NCBI GenBank assembly: GCA_965235115.1
Contig: OZ249436.1
Span: forward strand, 868,001 to 932,000
Source: Laetmonice hystrix
Taxonomy: Eukaryota
Reading direction: 5' to 3'
DNA length: 64,000 nucleotides
Below are positions 63,383 to 64,000 of the stretch, piece after piece (the first letter of the stretch is position 1; each line of letters begins with the position of its first letter). Under the pieces are notes generated by a model. It worked only from the letters and a program-made list of their open reading frames with translations. It did no database searches and was not told the origin of the DNA. Position numbers and translations under genes: made by a program.

Positions 63383-64000
63383 TGAGTTGTAAGGTGTTTG
63401 TGTGGGCCTACAGTGAGTTGTAAGGTGTTTGTGTGGGCCTACAGTGAGTTGTAAGGTGTTTGTGTGGGCGTCGTATAGCAGGCTTACAGTGAGGTAGTGG
63501 GCCCGAGTTGTAATGTGTTTGTGTGGGCCTACAGTGAGGTAGTGGGCCCGAGTTGTAAGGTGTTTGTGTGGGCGTCGTATAGCAAGCGTACAGTGAGGTG
63601 GTGGGCCCGAGTTGTAAGGTGTTTGTGTGGGCCTACAGTGAGTTGTAAGGTGTTTGTGTGGGCCTAGTACAGTGAGGTGGTGTGACCGAGTTGTAAGGTC
63701 TTTGTGTGGGCCTACAGTGAGTTGTAAGGTGTTTGTGTGGGCCTACAGTGAGTTGTAAGGTGTTTGTGTGGGCGTCGTATAGCAAGGTTACAGTGAGGTG
63801 GTGTGCCCGAGTTGTAAGGTGTTTGTGTGGGCCTACAGTGAGTTGTAAGGTGTTTGTGTGGGCGTCGTATAGCAAGGTTACAGTGAGGTGGTGTGCCCGA
63901 GTTGTAAGGTGTTTGTGTGGGCCTACAGTGAGTTGTAAGGTGTTTGTGTGGGCCTAGTACAGTGAGGTGGTGGGCCCGAGTTGTAAGGTGTTTGTGTGGG
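63383..64000. repeat. Composite minisatellite with a 31-bp core and longer variants, truncated by the window end
   Basis: Core gagttgtaaggtgtttgtgtgggcctacagt, interleaved with gtcgtatagcaagg...gaggtggtg variants. Confidence 0.94.

Noticed and set aside
1-64000. CRISPR array
   Set aside because: All arrays are head-to-tail units with no unique spacers, there are no cas genes, and the context is eukaryotic.

Overview
This is eukaryotic, probably invertebrate animal, genomic DNA: it shows spliceosomal GT-AG signals, TTAGGG-type motifs and four N-gaps. The only coding feature I can support is the 5' part of a + strand rhomboid protease gene of the EF-hand-bearing RHBDL1/3 type. It comprises a candidate exon at 4021-4266, a 24-nt micro-exon at 22159-22182 (KWKNLFDK) and a 165-nt exon at 63028-63192 (YDHEGAGEITLEDF...PHKLEVL...YQDIINI), all joining in phase 0 across introns of about 17.9 kb and 40.8 kb. 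By manual tally roughly two thirds of the window consists of more than 35 mutually unrelated minisatellite arrays (units about 20-95 bp), which explain almost every long ORF in the six-frame track. The clearest unusual feature is an 11-copy array that has amplified the 3' splice site of the 63028 exon: 10 upstream decoy acceptors each lead to an in-frame TAA, and only the last copy is productive. There is no CRISPR array, prokaryotic gene or intact mobile element. Copy numbers and array ends were counted by eye, and the family assignment rests on my recall of RHBDL3 and needs BLAST confirmation.
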